Shown here piece by piece: positions 39,248 to 50,063 of a stretch of DNA of 64,000 nt. Under the pieces are notes generated by a model that had not been told where the DNA came from, did not search any database, and saw only the letters and a list, made by a program, of their open reading frames with translations. The translations under genes were made by a program, and so were the position numbers. Source of the DNA: Candidatus Latescibacterota bacterium (GTDB lineage: Bacteria; Latescibacterota; UBA2968; UBA8231); the NCBI GenBank assembly GCA_965243025.1, contig CBDETY010000003.1, positions 1,984,001-2,048,000 of the forward strand, written 5' to 3'. Each line of letters starts with the position of its first letter. The first letter of the stretch is position 1.

Positions 39248-40418
39248 CGGTTTCTCCGCAGAAGTTCACCGCCGTAAGCGCGTACACCCTGGCCAGGCGC
39301 TCCAGCTCGGCGACCGGCACCTGCTCGTTCAGGGTGTGCGCCCCGGTGGCCGCGGGCCCGTGGGTGAGGGCGGGGATTCCCCCTCTGGAAACGAAGGTGT
39401 TGCCGTCGTCGACGAACGGCTTGGCGCCCACCGGCAGCTCGGCGCCGGTGACGTCCCGGTGCGCCCGTTGAAACGACGTCACCAGGGGATTGTCGAGGTC
39501 GATCTCGAAGGCGTCCCCGGGGAACACCTCCCGCGACCGGATGGCGGTGCCGCTCTTCCCGGCGACCTCGTCCAGGAGCTGCCGGTACTCCCCGCGCGCC
39601 CGGTCGGCGTGTCCCGGGGTGACCCAGCGCCGCGTCCCCTTCACCTCGCAGGAGAGCGGCGCCTGGTTGTATATCTCGCCCCCCTGCAGGTAACCGACGA
39701 AGAAGCTGTCGCAGCCGCTGTACCTGTGGGTGATTTCCCCAAGGCGCTGGTTTTCCCGCTGGAAGCGGGTAACAAGATCGGCGCCGGCTGCGACTACGTC
39801 GGGCAGCCCCTGGGGACGGAGCACCTCGTGCACCGGCTCCCCGTCCCGGGTGACGGCAATCTCGAAGATGAACATGCCGCGGCCGGCCACCGGGAGGAAG
39901 TCGGAGAGGTATTCCGGCAGCATCACCCCGTCCCCGAGGTAGCCCTCGGCGATCAGGGCCTTCATCTGCCTGCCGTCCCCCCACGGCCCCTCGTGCTGGT
40001 CGTGGGCGGTCAGCAGCATCTCCCCCGACTGCGGGGCGCCGCACTCCCGCAGCACCCGCATCGCCTCGACGGCGGCGGCGATCCCCCCTTTCATGTCGGA
40101 GCAGCCGGAGCCGTGGAGCACGCCGTCCTCGACGCGCGGGGGCACGAAAGGCAGGTGCACGGTGTCGAGGTGGCCGTCCACCTGCAGGACGCGCCCGCCC
40201 TCCCCGAAGCGCAGATGGGCAACCACCGCCGGGGACTCCGGCCAGTCGCAGACCGGGCGCTCGACCTCGAAGCCGTCGGCCCGCAGCAGCTCGTCGAGGC
40301 GGCCGGCGACAGCCCCGGCGCTCAAGGTGGGGCTGGGGACTTCGACGAGGGCCGTCGCCGTATCCAGCAGTCGGTCGCGGTTCACCGCGGCCGCGATCTT
40401 CTCTCTCAGTTCATTCAC
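39240..40418 (-). CDS. M20 (ArgE/DapE-like) metallo-deacylase
   Basis: DGHLDTV, GCSDMKGG, GAHTLNE. Confidence 0.88.
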   Translation of the reverse strand: MNELREKIAAAVNRDRLLDTATALVEVPSPTLSAGAVAGRLDELLRADGFEVERPVCDWPESPAVVAHLRFGEGGRVLQVDGHLDTVHLPFVPPRVEDGVLHGSGCSDMKGGIAAAVEAMRVLRECGAPQSGEMLLTAHDQHEGPWGDGRQMKALIAEGYLGDGVMLPEYLSDFLPVAGRGMFIFEIAVTRDGEPVHEVLRPQGLPDVVAAGADLVTRFQRENQRLGEITHRYSGCDSFFVGYLQGGEIYNQAPLSCEVKGTRRWVTPGHADRARGEYRQLLDEVAGKSGTAIRSREVFPGDAFEIDLDNPLVTSFQRAHRDVTGAELPVGAKPFVDDGNTFVSRGGIPALTHGPAATGAHTLNEQVPVAELERLARVYALTAVNFCGETDG

Positions 40419-40583
40419 CGGTCGTTCCCTGGCTTTTCGAGGTTGGAGGCGGGCAGCAGGCCCGAAGTCAGGCCGGTTTGCCTCAGGTCCGAGGTATCGA
40501 CCTATGCCAGCCTGTGGATAAAGTTGCTTCTCGGGTGGATGCGGGCAATTGCCGCAAGAGGCAGGTGGCGCCGTCGGCTCCCG

Positions 40584-41624
40584 TCATTCTCCGCGCACGT
40601 CCAGAAGCAGCTTGACACCCTCCCGGCGCTCGAACAGGGAGAACGCCTCGCGCCATTCCGCCAGGGGAAGCTGGTGGGAGATCAGCGCCCCGGTGTCGAC
40701 CTTGCCCCTGCGCATCAGCTCGAGGGCGCGGCTCCAGGAGGTGGGCTGCTGGCCGAACGACCCGGTGAAGCGAAGCTCCTTGACCGCCACGGCCTCGAGG
40801 TCGATCTCGACCGGGGCTCCGAACAGGCCGACCTGGGTGTACTTGCCCTGCTTTCGCACCAGCTTCAGGGAAAGGGCCGCCCCGGACGGGTGCCCAGAAC
40901 ACTCGATAACGACGTCGGCCCCGTACCCGCCCGACAGCCCGGCGACGGCAGCTTCCGCGTCCTCGTCCTCCACAACGACGGCGCGCTCCGCCCCCAGCCG
41001 CAGCGCCAGCTCGAGCCGCGTGCGGTCCTCCCGGCGCCCGAGCACCACCACCCTTCCCCCCTCGGCGAGGGCCACCTGCAGGCACAGCAACCCGATGCTC
41101 CCCGGCCCGACCACGGCGACGAGGTCTCCCGCCGACACCCGGGTCAGCTCGGCGACGGCGTGCACGGCGCAGGCCAGGGGCTCGCTCAGGGCCGCGGCCC
41201 GGAAACCGACGTTTGCCGGCAGCTCCCGGATGCAGCGCTCAGGCGCCACGCACAGGGGAGCGAACGAGCCGTCGTGCCAGTACCCCATCGACTCGCGGCG
41301 CAGGCAGAGGTTGATCGCCCCGCTGCGGCAGTAGCGGCATTCCCCGCAGATGCGCACGCTCGGCAGCGCGGTTACGCGCATCCCCAGGGCGACCGACTCC
41401 ACCCCTTCTCCGACGGCCGCCACCACGCCGCTGAACTCGTGCCCTACGACGACGGGCACGCGGATCGGGATGGCAATCTCGTCCCCGTACACGTGCAGGT
41501 CGGAGCCGCAGATCCCGGCGGCCTCGACCTCGACGAGCACTTCCCCCGGCCCCGGGACCGGTTGGGCCACCTCGCGGACCTCCATGTTTCCCGGTCCGCG
41601 CGCGTATTTGACGAGCCCTTTCAC
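40584..41624 (-). CDS. Zn-dependent (sorbitol/threonine type) dehydrogenase
   Basis: GICGSDLH, GHEFSG, CGECRYCRSG...C, EPLAC, GPGSIG. Confidence 0.92.
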   Translation of the reverse strand: MKGLVKYARGPGNMEVREVAQPVPGPGEVLVEVEAAGICGSDLHVYGDEIAIPIRVPVVVGHEFSGVVAAVGEGVESVALGMRVTALPSVRICGECRYCRSGAINLCLRRESMGYWHDGSFAPLCVAPERCIRELPANVGFRAAALSEPLACAVHAVAELTRVSAGDLVAVVGPGSIGLLCLQVALAEGGRVVVLGRREDRTRLELALRLGAERAVVVEDEDAEAAVAGLSGGYGADVVIECSGHPSGAALSLKLVRKQGKYTQVGLFGAPVEIDLEAVAVKELRFTGSFGQQPTSWSRALELMRRGKVDTGALISHQLPLAEWREAFSLFERREGVKLLLDVRGE

Positions 41625-41727
41625 GCCGTTTAGTCTCTCAAACCCGCATTCGCTCGATACCTTGCCTCTCAAGTAGTAGCCCAATCGCACAGCTCCGGCA
41701 ACAGGGAGTCCCCCGGAAAGTCCCTCC

Positions 41728-42813
41728 ATGAACGACAGCACATACAAGGCCGCCATCATCGGCTGCGGCCGTCTCGGGCAGCATTACGGCTGGTGCTACC
41801 AGACCTTCCCCGACACCGAGATCGTCGCCATCGCCGAGCACAACCCGGAACGGCGGCGGCGGGTCGGCGAGGTGTTCGGCGTCGACGCCCTCTTCCCCGA
41901 CGCCGAAAGCCTGCTGAAGGAGGTCGTCCCGGACGTCGCCTCGGTGGTTACGCCGACGAAATACATGAAGGACGCGGTCATCGCCTGCGCCGAAGCCGGC
42001 GTCAGGGGGGTGACCACGGACAAGCCGATCGCCGCCCGGCTCTCCGACGCCGACGAGATGATCGCCGCCTGCGAGTCGCGCGGGGTGGTGTTCGGAGGGG
42101 GCAACCTGCAGCGGGCCATGCACGAGGTGCAGGAAGCGAACCGCCGGTTTCTCCGCAGCGGCGAGCTCGGTGAGCTGCGCGGGGCCGCGGTCCACTCCTG
42201 GGGGGGCGAGATCTCCGGGGGCGGGTGCCAGCATATCTGCGTGCTCACCCTGTTCGCCGGCGCCCCCGTCGAGGAGGTGATTGCCTGGGGGTCCCCGCCC
42301 GAAGCGCTCGACCAGGAGGACGACAAGGGACTCGTCATCAACGGGCGCTTCCGCCTCTCCAACGGTCTCGAGTGCCAGGTTTTCGGCCAGCCCACTCCCT
42401 CGAGGGGGGTCGACGTCTGGACGGAGGAGGGCCTGGTGCGCTGGGACTGGAACCCGCCCGAGGTCTACCGGGGGGTCGAGGCCGGCGGCGGGCGCCGCAA
42501 GCTCGAGTTCGAATACAGCAAGCAGGACTGGCCCGAGTTCTACTACATGGCCAGCTCCCTGCGCTCCTTCCTGGCGACCGTGGCCGGCGAGGGGGAGCTC
42601 TACATCTCCGGCGACAACCTCCGCCACGCCCTCGAGGTCGCCATCGCCTGCAAGCAGTCCGCCCTTCTCGGGAACGTCCCGGTGTCGCTGCCGCTCGAGG
42701 ACCGCTCCCTGGAGCTGAAGCCGCGGTTCTACCGCTGGCTGGGCGGGGATGCCGAGGGCAGGCCGCAGGAGGTATCCGACATCCCTGTCGAGGCCCCGGA
42801 CCACCGCCGGTGA
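41728..42813 (+). CDS. Gfo/Idh/MocA oxidoreductase
   Basis: IIGCGRLG, PDVASVVTP, DKPIA. Confidence 0.85.
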   Translation: MNDSTYKAAIIGCGRLGQHYGWCYQTFPDTEIVAIAEHNPERRRRVGEVFGVDALFPDAESLLKEVVPDVASVVTPTKYMKDAVIACAEAGVRGVTTDKPIAARLSDADEMIAACESRGVVFGGGNLQRAMHEVQEANRRFLRSGELGELRGAAVHSWGGEISGGGCQHICVLTLFAGAPVEEVIAWGSPPEALDQEDDKGLVINGRFRLSNGLECQVFGQPTPSRGVDVWTEEGLVRWDWNPPEVYRGVEAGGGRRKLEFEYSKQDWPEFYYMASSLRSFLATVAGEGELYISGDNLRHALEVAIACKQSALLGNVPVSLPLEDRSLELKPRFYRWLGGDAEGRPQEVSDIPVEAPDHRR

Positions 42814-44528
42814 GGAGCGATCTCGACATCGCCCGGGCAGCGACCCCGAGGCAGATCACCGAGATCGCCGCCGACCTCGGGCTTTCTCCGGACGACATCG
42901 ACCTGTACGGCCGCTACAAGGCGAAGGTCCACCTCGACCTCCCTGGAAAGGGTGAACCGGCAGGAGGGGCCAGGTACGTCGTCGTCACCGCGATGACCCC
43001 GACCCGCCACGGCGAGGGCAAGACGACGACAACCGTCGGTCTCAGCCAGGCGCTCAACGCCCTCGGAGAACGCTCGATCGCCACCATCCGGCAGCCCTCG
43101 ATGGGACCGACCTTCGGCATCAAGGGGGGAGCCGCCGGGGGCGGCCACGCGCAGGTGATCCCGATGGAGGAGCTCAACCTGCACCTGACCGGGGACATCC
43201 ACGCCGTCACCTCGGCGCACAGCCTGCTCGCCGCGGGGGTCGACGCCCGCCTCTACCACGAGGAGCGCCTCGACGACAAGCGCCTGGGGCGCCGCGGCCT
43301 GAAGCGGCTCGACATCGATCCCGGGGCCGTCACCTGGAAGCGGGTCGTCGACATGGGGGACCGCGCCCTGCGCGACATCGTCGTCAGCGACGGCGGCGAA
43401 GGGGTGCGGCGGCGCAGCGGCTACGACATCAGCGCCGCCTCCGAGGTGATGGCGATCCTGGCGCTTGCTTCCGGGCTGCCGGACCTGCGCCGGCGGCTCG
43501 GGCGCATCGTCGTCGGTTTCGACCGGGCCGGCAAGCCGGTGACCGCCGAGGACCTCGGGGCCGCCGGCGCCATGGCGGTCCTGCTCAAGGACGCGATGAT
43601 GCCCAACCTGCTGCAGACCCTCGAGAACAGCCCTGTCCTCGTCCACGCCGGTCCCTTCGCCAACATCGCCCACGGCAACAGCTCCATCGTCGCCGACGAT
43701 ATCGCCCTGCGCCTGCTGGAAACCGGGTACCTCGTCACCGAGAGCGGATTCGGCGCCGACTGCGGCTTCGAGAAGTTCTGCCACGTCAAGTGCCGCTACT
43801 CCGGCCTCGCGCCGGACTGCGCCGTCATCGTCGCCACGGTGCGCGCCGTCAAGTCCCACGGCGGAGCTCCCGCGAGGGCCCGCGACCCGGGGGAAGCCCG
43901 GGAGAGGGAGTGGCTGGAGAAGGGGCTCGCCAACCTCGCCGCCAACATCGGCATCGTGCGCCGGTTCGGGGTTCCCGCGGTGGTCGCCGTCAACCGCTTC
44001 AGCGGCGACACCGACGCCGAGGTCGGCCGCCTCATCGAGGCGTCCCTCGCACATGGAGCCGAAGCCGCCTGCGCCTGCGAGGTCTGGGAGCACGGCGGCG
44101 CGGGAGGCGCCGACCTCGCCAGGGCGGTGATCGATTGCTGCGCGTCCGGTTCGGAATTCCGGATGCTCTACGGGGAGGAGACGCCGCTGCGCGAGAAGAT
44201 CGAAACCGTGGCCGCTCAGGTGTACGGGGCGTCGGGAGTCGCCTTTGCCCCGGAAGCGGAGAAGAGCATCGAGCGCTGCGAGCGGCTCGGTTTCGGAGCC
44301 CTTCCCGTCAACATGGCCAAGACCCACCTGTCGCTTTCGCACGACCCGGAGCTGAGGGGGGTCCCCTCCGGCTTCGAGCTGCCGGTGAGGGACGTCGCCC
44401 TTTCCGCCGGGGCAGGTTTCCTCGTCCCCCTGTGCGGGGAGATCCGCCGCATGCCGGGGCTGCCCTCGCGGCCGGCGTTCATGAACCTCGACCTCGACGA
44501 AGAGGGTCAGGTGGTGGGACTGACCTGA
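42810..44528 (+). CDS. fhs: Formate--tetrahydrofolate ligase
   Basis: TPTRHGEGKTT, IKGGAAGGG, NLHLTGDIHA, HAGPFANIAHG, MPGLP. Confidence 0.96.
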   Translation: MRSDLDIARAATPRQITEIAADLGLSPDDIDLYGRYKAKVHLDLPGKGEPAGGARYVVVTAMTPTRHGEGKTTTTVGLSQALNALGERSIATIRQPSMGPTFGIKGGAAGGGHAQVIPMEELNLHLTGDIHAVTSAHSLLAAGVDARLYHEERLDDKRLGRRGLKRLDIDPGAVTWKRVVDMGDRALRDIVVSDGGEGVRRRSGYDISAASEVMAILALASGLPDLRRRLGRIVVGFDRAGKPVTAEDLGAAGAMAVLLKDAMMPNLLQTLENSPVLVHAGPFANIAHGNSSIVADDIALRLLETGYLVTESGFGADCGFEKFCHVKCRYSGLAPDCAVIVATVRAVKSHGGAPARARDPGEAREREWLEKGLANLAANIGIVRRFGVPAVVAVNRFSGDTDAEVGRLIEASLAHGAEAACACEVWEHGGAGGADLARAVIDCCASGSEFRMLYGEETPLREKIETVAAQVYGASGVAFAPEAEKSIERCERLGFGALPVNMAKTHLSLSHDPELRGVPSGFELPVRDVALSAGAGFLVPLCGEIRRMPGLPSRPAFMNLDLDEEGQVVGLT

Positions 44529-44698
44529 TCCGGCGGCGGCTGCCGGAGGTCTCGGAGCTCATCGAGTTTCAGCCCCGCAACAAGGACCGGCCCCGGACCC
44601 AGGTTGGTGGGGGTTACAGCGGTAGAAATGCAGCGGGCGGACGCCGCGTCCGGAACATCCGGCGCCAGCGCCCGCCCGGGAAATCGACTACCTGGCCC

Positions 44699-45226
44699 TC
44701 ATGCCTCTTGCGCGGCCGCCATGGCAGCCAGCAGCGCCCCGACGTCGTACTCAACCCCGCCCACCGTCACTGTGCCTCCATACGGAGGGTCCGCCGACAG
44801 GTCGACGGTCATGTCGACGTTGATGTCCACCGGAGCTTCATACGCTTCGCCGCTTCCCACCAGGTCCCCCTTCAGGGTCGGCGGCTGAGCGGCCCCGTCG
44901 AAGGTCAGCTCGCCGTTGAGGACGAGCTGCCCGTCCTGGGTAAAATCCTCCAGCGTCATCACGTTGTCGGCAATCGTAATCGTTCCTCCGGTCTCTCCTT
45001 CGATGGTGCCGCCTCCCACGGCGAGTTTCACGAACGCTTCCTGCATTACAGGAACGAGCTTGCCGAACAATTCAGTCGCCCGCGCCTGGGCGGCCGCCTG
45101 GTCTTCTTCCGTGGTATCCGGTTCGGTCGGACCGGTTTCCTCGTCGTCGCCGCACGCCAGGAACAGGGACATGATGCCGATCAGCATCCAGGTATGGCGG
45201 CGGCGGCCTGCAAGACGTAGTCTCAT
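44699..45226 (-). CDS. Hypothetical lipoprotein
   Basis: Lipobox FLAC-GDDEE; AGGAGG SD upstream. Confidence 0.75.
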   Translation of the reverse strand: MRLRLAGRRRHTWMLIGIMSLFLACGDDEETGPTEPDTTEEDQAAAQARATELFGKLVPVMQEAFVKLAVGGGTIEGETGGTITIADNVMTLEDFTQDGQLVLNGELTFDGAAQPPTLKGDLVGSGEAYEAPVDINVDMTVDLSADPPYGGTVTVGGVEYDVGALLAAMAAAQEA

Positions 45227-45370
45227 TTCGATCATCCTCCTTTTGGCAGGTTCGCCCGCATCGTCTGCGGCCCGGTGGTCGATAAATCCGTCACAAAAAT
45301 AGCCCATTGACCGCATGATGCGAGCGCTGCGATCCACACCCGGCCTGACGCCCCGGTCCCGATCCCGGAA

Positions 45371-46195
45371 ATGAACCCCTTTCGCATCGACACCCCTTCC
45401 GCCGATCACCTCGCCCGTTTCGACGAGGATGGATACATCCCGTTCGAGGATGTCATGAGGGACGGTTACCGCGAGTCCCTGGTCGACGAAGTCCTCGCCC
45501 GCGATCCGGCGAGGGAATTCCTGGCGCTTTCCGGGGCGGAGCGCAGCCGGCTCCCCGACCCGACCCGCTATTTCGAACGCCCCTGGAACGACCGCGGTCC
45601 GTGCTCGGACGCCCTGATCGACGCCCCTCTGGTCACCGCCCTGCTGGAGAGGACTGTCGGCCCGGAGTACCACTTCTGCCATTCGGCGATGAACCTCGCC
45701 CTTGCCGGTGCCGGGCCGGTTCCGCTCCACCAGGACCACCACCACTGGGACCACGACAACCCGGTCAACCTGGCCGAACGGAGCCGCTACTACATCCAGT
45801 TGCTCTACTACCCGAACGGCTTCGCCCGCGGCGACCGCAGCCTCTGCGTGGTTCCCGGCAGCCACCGCGTCGACCCGACCCCGGAGGTGACCCCCGAGCG
45901 CCTGCTCTCCGGCGAGCTCGACCGCGAAGCCGGCCGCAGGCTCGAGCTCGTGCAGTTCGAGCTGCCCCCGGGCAGCTTCGTGTACCTCAACGCCCGCATG
46001 TTCCACGGGGTCGACCCCAAGGGGCCGGATTCGCCGCAGCCGTTCCGCATCTTCCTGATCGACATCTTCAAGCAGGCCGGGCCGCCCCACCGCTACACGC
46101 AGGAGATCCCCGCAGAGTGGATGGCCCGGGCGAACCCGCACCGCCGGCGGCTGTTCGCCCGCGAGCCATACACCGAGGGCTGCTGGCAGCAGTAG
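45371..46195 (+). CDS. PhyH-family Fe(II)/2OG dioxygenase
   Basis: FDEDGY, HQD, VPGSH, MFHG. Confidence 0.88.
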   Translation: MNPFRIDTPSADHLARFDEDGYIPFEDVMRDGYRESLVDEVLARDPAREFLALSGAERSRLPDPTRYFERPWNDRGPCSDALIDAPLVTALLERTVGPEYHFCHSAMNLALAGAGPVPLHQDHHHWDHDNPVNLAERSRYYIQLLYYPNGFARGDRSLCVVPGSHRVDPTPEVTPERLLSGELDREAGRRLELVQFELPPGSFVYLNARMFHGVDPKGPDSPQPFRIFLIDIFKQAGPPHRYTQEIPAEWMARANPHRRRLFAREPYTEGCWQQ

Positions 46196-46203
46196 GCCCC
46201 CCC

Positions 46204-47127
46204 ATGGCAGCGATAACCGTTCTCGGCAGCTTCGTCGTCGGCATCACCGTGCGGGTGCCGCGCATGCCGGTGCCCGGGGAAGGGCTGATCGGCGATCTCT
46301 TCGACCTGGGGCCCGGCGGCAAGGGGACCAACCAGGCGGTCGGGGCCGCCCGCCTCGGCGCCGACGTCAGCCTCATCGCCTGCATCGGCGACGACCTGTT
46401 CGCCCCGGTCGCCGACGAGCTGTTCGAGCAGGAGGGGATCTGCCGCGAGCACATCCACCGCATCCCGGGAATCAACACCGCGGTCGGCATGGTGACCGTC
46501 CTGCCCTCCGGGGAGAACGCCATCGTCGGGCATCTCGGGGCCAACATGGAAATGCGCCCCGAACAGGTCGAGGCGGCCGCCGGCCTGATCGCCGCAAGCG
46601 ACATCGTCATGACCCAGTTCGAGGTGCCCCCCGAGGCGGTCGAGCGGGCCATGGAGCTGGGCCGCAGGCACGGAGCCCTGACCCTGCTCAACCCGGCCCC
46701 GGCGCGGGCGGTCGAGCCGCGGCAGCTCGCCGACGTCGACCTCATGACCCCGAACGAGACGGAGGCCCGCATCCTGCTGGGGCTGGCCCCGGACGATCCC
46801 GCCCCGACCGCGGAACTGGCGCGCCGGCTTCTCGATCTCGGGGTCGGGCGCATCGTCGTAACCCTGGGGAAGCGCGGCTCCCTGATCGTAACTGCCGAAG
46901 GAATCGTCGAAATTCCCGCGCCCCGGATCGACGCGGTCGACGCCACCGGCGCGGGCGACAGCTTCAACGCCGCCCTGGCCACCGGCCTGGGAGAGGGGCT
47001 GCGGCTGCCGGATGCGGTGGAGCGGGCCAACTTCGCCGGGGCCTTCTGCGCCACCCGGCTCGGGGTCGTCGACGGCCTCCCGGCCCGCGCCGAGCTCGAC
47101 GGTTTCATCGCCGCCAACCGGGCCTGA
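46204..47127 (+). CDS. Ribokinase-like PfkB kinase
   Basis: PGGKGTNQAV, NPAPA, PNETEA, DATGAGDSFN. Confidence 0.9.
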   Translation: MAAITVLGSFVVGITVRVPRMPVPGEGLIGDLFDLGPGGKGTNQAVGAARLGADVSLIACIGDDLFAPVADELFEQEGICREHIHRIPGINTAVGMVTVLPSGENAIVGHLGANMEMRPEQVEAAAGLIAASDIVMTQFEVPPEAVERAMELGRRHGALTLLNPAPARAVEPRQLADVDLMTPNETEARILLGLAPDDPAPTAELARRLLDLGVGRIVVTLGKRGSLIVTAEGIVEIPAPRIDAVDATGAGDSFNAALATGLGEGLRLPDAVERANFAGAFCATRLGVVDGLPARAELDGFIAANRA

Positions 47128-47138
47128 CAGGAGAAGAG

Positions 47139-48422
47139 ATGGGCAGCCAATACCAGTACGCCGGCCTGAGAAACGCCAGGTCCCCCGGGCTGCCGGTCGA
47201 GGTCTGCAGCGCCCGCCTGCACCGCCTCGCCCATGCCGAGTCCCGCCTGATGTTCCTCGAGGCCGCCCACGTCATCAGCACCCCCGAACGGGACGTGAAG
47301 GCCCTGCTCTCCCGCTGCCAGTACGAGGACGGCCAGCACGCCGACCGCCTCCGCCACAGGCTCACCGAGCTGCGGGTTTCCCGGCGGCGGGCGTTCGAGG
47401 AGCCGGACCCCGATCTCGACGTCCTCTTCGACGAGGCCATGCACTCGCGCGGAACCGCGGAGCTGCTGGCCGCCCTGGCCCTGGTCATCAAGCCGGCCAT
47501 GGTCGAGGCCTACCGCCGCTACGAGCGGGAGACCAACGGGCTCGCCGACTACGGCAGCCTGCGGGCCCTGCGGGAGATCGTTGCCGAGGAGGAGGAGGGG
47601 CTCGCCCTGCTGCGCCCGGCGTACGCCGACGCGGTCGGGTCGTCGGCCCGGTCGCGGGCCCTCGCGGAGGAATGGGCCGCGCACCTGCGGCAGCTGCTCG
47701 AGGCGGCCGGAGGCATCGACGGCAGCGGCGAAAAACGCCCGGAAGGGCTGCGCACCAGCCGCGGCGGTTCCCCCTACCGGATTCGGCGGCAGCAGGCCTG
47801 GGACGACACCTTCCCGAAGGTGTGGGACATCGAGCATGTCGGCGAGGAGGAGGTGCCCCCGCGCCTGGCGCAGATGATCTGCACCCGCCTCGGAGAGCTC
47901 ACCATCGCCGAGGCGCTCTCGTTCGTGCTCTGCGAGACCGCCGGGCAGCCCTGGCAGTTCTACGTCGACGTCTCGCGCCACATGTGGGACGAGATGCGCC
48001 ACTCCCTGTTCGGGGAGGCGGCCATCGAGGAGCTGCTCGGGGACCGCGCCGCCCTGCCCCTGCGGGAATGGGAGACGGAGTACCTCTACAAGCTCGAGCC
48101 GCTGCCCCTGTACGCCATGCTCTGCGACGTCGAGTCCGGGCTGATGAAGTACCCGCCGGGCAAGCGCTTCGAGTACGAGTTCTGCCGCGACCGGGCGCGC
48201 CACCCGCTGATGACGACCCTGCAGGACTTCGACTGGGCCGACGAGGTGCTGCACGTCCACATCGCCCGCCGCCGCCTCAAGGACTGGTTCCCGGGCTCGC
48301 AGAAGGAGCTGGCCGCCCTGGCCGCCGACGGCATCGAGGCCCGCACCCGGGCCCGCGAGAAGCATCCGCCGTCGCCGCTGCCCGACATCGCCGCCCCCCT
48401 GTCCGCGAGGAAGCGGCCGTGA
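47139..48422 (+). CDS. Tandem ferritin-like (DUF455-like) putative diiron protein
   Basis: ExxH motifs EDGQH, WDEMRH, ADEVLH; helical. Confidence 0.7.
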   Translation: MGSQYQYAGLRNARSPGLPVEVCSARLHRLAHAESRLMFLEAAHVISTPERDVKALLSRCQYEDGQHADRLRHRLTELRVSRRRAFEEPDPDLDVLFDEAMHSRGTAELLAALALVIKPAMVEAYRRYERETNGLADYGSLRALREIVAEEEEGLALLRPAYADAVGSSARSRALAEEWAAHLRQLLEAAGGIDGSGEKRPEGLRTSRGGSPYRIRRQQAWDDTFPKVWDIEHVGEEEVPPRLAQMICTRLGELTIAEALSFVLCETAGQPWQFYVDVSRHMWDEMRHSLFGEAAIEELLGDRAALPLREWETEYLYKLEPLPLYAMLCDVESGLMKYPPGKRFEYEFCRDRARHPLMTTLQDFDWADEVLHVHIARRRLKDWFPGSQKELAALAADGIEARTRAREKHPPSPLPDIAAPLSARKRP

Positions 48423-49234
48423 CCGCGGCGACGATCGCAGTCGGCGAAGAACAGGCGGCGTTCTTCCGCGAACACGGCTACCTCGTGATCGAGGCGATCA
48501 CGACCCCGCGGGAGGTGGCGGAGCTGCGCGCCGTCTTCGACCGGCTGTTCGCCGAGCGGGCCGGCAGGGAGGAGGGGAACCAGTACGATCTCGCCGGCAC
48601 CGACGAGGAGGACCGGCCCGCCCGCCTGCCCCAGATCGTCAACCCGGTCAATTACGACGAAGCGCTGCGGGACACCCTGTTCCGCGCCAACGCCGCGGCG
48701 GCCGGCAGGGGCCTGCTCGGGGAGGAGGCCGGGTTCCAGGGGGAGCACGCCATCGTCAAGCCGCCCGGGATCGGCGGGGCGGCCCCGTGGCACCAGGACG
48801 AGGCGTACTGGAAGGAGGAGCTGGAGTACGACAGTCTCAGCGTCTGGCTGGCCCTGCAGGACACGACCGTGGAAAACGGCTGCATGCAGTTCATACCCGG
48901 CAGCCACGGGCAGGAGGTCCTCCCCCATCACACCATCGGCGGCGACCCGAGGATCCACGGCCTCGAGGTGGACGAGGTCGATCCCTCCGCGGCGGTAGCG
49001 TGCCCGGTACCGGCCGGCGGGGCGACCATCCACCACTGCCGCACCCTGCACTTCACCGGCCCCAACCGCACCGGCGAGACCCGGCGGGCCTACATCCACA
49101 CCTGGGCGGCCCCGTACAGGAAGCGGGAAACGCGGCGCGACTTCTACTGGCAGCAGAGCCGCAGGACGGCGCGCGACGAGCGGCGCCGCAAGGCCGGGAC
49201 CGTGTCGGTCTCGTCCGGGCGGGTCCCGGACTGA
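48419..49234 (+). CDS. PhyH-family dioxygenase
   Basis: KPPG...WHQDEAYW, NGCMQFIPGSH, TLHFTGPN...RRAY. Confidence 0.92.
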   Translation: MTAATIAVGEEQAAFFREHGYLVIEAITTPREVAELRAVFDRLFAERAGREEGNQYDLAGTDEEDRPARLPQIVNPVNYDEALRDTLFRANAAAAGRGLLGEEAGFQGEHAIVKPPGIGGAAPWHQDEAYWKEELEYDSLSVWLALQDTTVENGCMQFIPGSHGQEVLPHHTIGGDPRIHGLEVDEVDPSAAVACPVPAGGATIHHCRTLHFTGPNRTGETRRAYIHTWAAPYRKRETRRDFYWQQSRRTARDERRRKAGTVSVSSGRVPD

Positions 49235-49247
49235 AGCGGCCGCGCCC

Positions 49248-50063
49248 TCAGTTGGCGCGGAAGGAGGTCTTCTCCCGCTCTTCCCCCGCCCCCGGGGCGA
49301 CCATGAAGCCCCAGTGCTCGAGCTTCTCGAGCCAGCCGGCGCGCTTCTCGCTGTTGCCGGGATTCGACGCCCAGTGCGGGTTGACGAACGGCGCCGGGGC
49401 CAATGCCTCGACGCAGTGCCCCGCCCGCCAGCGCATCCCCTTCTCCTCTTCCTGGGACTGCGGGCTCCTGTAGTAGACGACCGTGCACATGCGCCTGCCC
49501 GCGGCGCCGCCGCAGCTGGCGTGCCACAGGCGCACGTCGAACCCGATGAGGTCCCCGGGCTGCGACGCGCAGACGTGGCAGGGCACCCCGCGGATATCGG
49601 CCTCGCGGGTGTTCGCGTTGTCGACGGAGGTCCCGAACGGGTTGCGGTGGGAGCCGGGGATCACCCGCAGGGCCCCGGACTCGGGTCCGACCGGATCGAG
49701 GTAGTACGCGAACTTAATGCCGAAACAGTCCCTCTCGACGTCGATGAAGTGGTCGGGGTGCCAGCGCGAGTCGCCGACGTAGCGGTTGGCGTCGCTGGTG
49801 ATCGGGAAGCAGTCCCCGTAGAGCTGCTCGGCGATCCCGTACAGCCGCGGGTCCTCGGGAAGGCCGGCGAAGAAGGGGGTATCCTCCCCCGTCAGCATGG
49901 CCGAGTGCCGCTTGCTGCCGTCGAACGGGTCGTCGGCGTACAGGGCGTCGAGGGCGGTCTCGAACTCGCCGCTTGCCCTCTGCACCTCCCGCGGCGAGAA
50001 GAACTGCCGCAGGACGATGAAACCGAAGGTCTCGAAGTGCCGGTGCTGTTCCCGGGTGAGCAT
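49248..50063 (-). CDS. PhyH-family dioxygenase
   Basis: FETFGF, WHPD, GALRVIPGSH, LWHAS..RRM. Confidence 0.9.
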   Translation of the reverse strand: MLTREQHRHFETFGFIVLRQFFSPREVQRASGEFETALDALYADDPFDGSKRHSAMLTGEDTPFFAGLPEDPRLYGIAEQLYGDCFPITSDANRYVGDSRWHPDHFIDVERDCFGIKFAYYLDPVGPESGALRVIPGSHRNPFGTSVDNANTREADIRGVPCHVCASQPGDLIGFDVRLWHASCGGAAGRRMCTVVYYRSPQSQEEEKGMRWRAGHCVEALAPAPFVNPHWASNPGNSEKRAGWLEKLEHWGFMVAPGAGEEREKTSFRAN

